From Deferrisomatales bacterium (lineage in GTDB: Bacteria > Desulfobacterota > Deferrisomatia > Deferrisomatales > JACRMM01), in assembly GCA_033551855.1 (NCBI GenBank), contig JAWSUI010000001.1, forward strand, positions 128,001 to 192,000: a DNA stretch of 64,000 nt. Direction: 5' to 3'. Shown here one piece after another: positions 63,743-64,000 of this stretch. Numbering within the stretch: position 1 is the stretch's first letter; each line of letters opens with the position of its first letter. The position numbers and the translations under genes were made by a program. The notes under the pieces were generated by a model. That model ran no database searches. It was given only the letters and a program-made list of their open reading frames with translations, and was not told the origin of the DNA.

Positions 63743-64000
63743 ATGACGACGCGAACGGGCTGGAGGTGGGCGCTCACCTTGACGGTCGGCCTCTATGGCC
63801 TGGCAGCTGCGGCGCCGTCGGATGCCGCGGACGCCGCGGCTCTCTACCAGGACCTTTGCGCCGGCTGCCACGGCGACGGGGGGGAGGGGGTGGGTGATCT
63901 TCCGCCCCTCTTCGACGCGGGCGGCGACCTCGACTACGTGGCCGCCTTCATCCGGGACGGGGGCGCCGACATGCCGGCGTTTCCGTACCTGACGGAGGAA
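63743..64000 (+). CDS. Exported class I cytochrome c domain protein, truncated by the window end
   Basis: Manual translation MTTRTGWRWALTL..AADAAALYQDLCAGCHG...DMPAF; strong RBS. Confidence 0.85.
   Translation, partial: MTTRTGWRWALTLTVGLYGLAAAAPSDAADAAALYQDLCAGCHGDGGEGVGDLPPLFDAGGDLDYVAAFIRDGGADMPAFPYLTEE

Overview
GC-rich bacterial chromosome segment whose gene content resembles an anaerobic Desulfobacterota/deltaproteobacterium (inference only). From left to right it carries: an acyl-CoA module (2-hydroxyacyl-CoA dehydratase with its activator, and an HCD-ECH fusion); a TPR-exbB-exbD-tonB-ftsB-GGDEF operon ending in a UPF0158 pseudogene and a PfkB kinase; metX under a SAM-I riboswitch; fur, a flavoprotein and a ferritin-like gene; nifU-nifS; a complete F1Fo ATP synthase operon; the origin-type cluster parB-parA-rsmG-mnmG-mnmE-yidC-yidD-rnpA-rpmH with two parS sites but no adjacent dnaA; hemW-hrcA-grpE-dnaK-dnaJ; an HdrL/HdrBC-Flx cluster; a 12-heme lipoprotein cytochrome; a two-component system; and a truncated cytochrome c. 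Four observations stand out. (1) A second atpE gene encodes four fused c-hairpins with only one ion-binding Glu and sits beside a Na+-type single c subunit, suggesting a hybrid rotor. (2) A 231-bp insertion with a 5-bp target duplication splits the CIRCE operator of the hrcA-dnaK operon. (3) rpmH appears to be nested inside an N-terminally extended rnpA. (4) Several small palindromic repeat families occur in intergenic regions. No rRNA, tRNA, CRISPR array or transposase was recognised.
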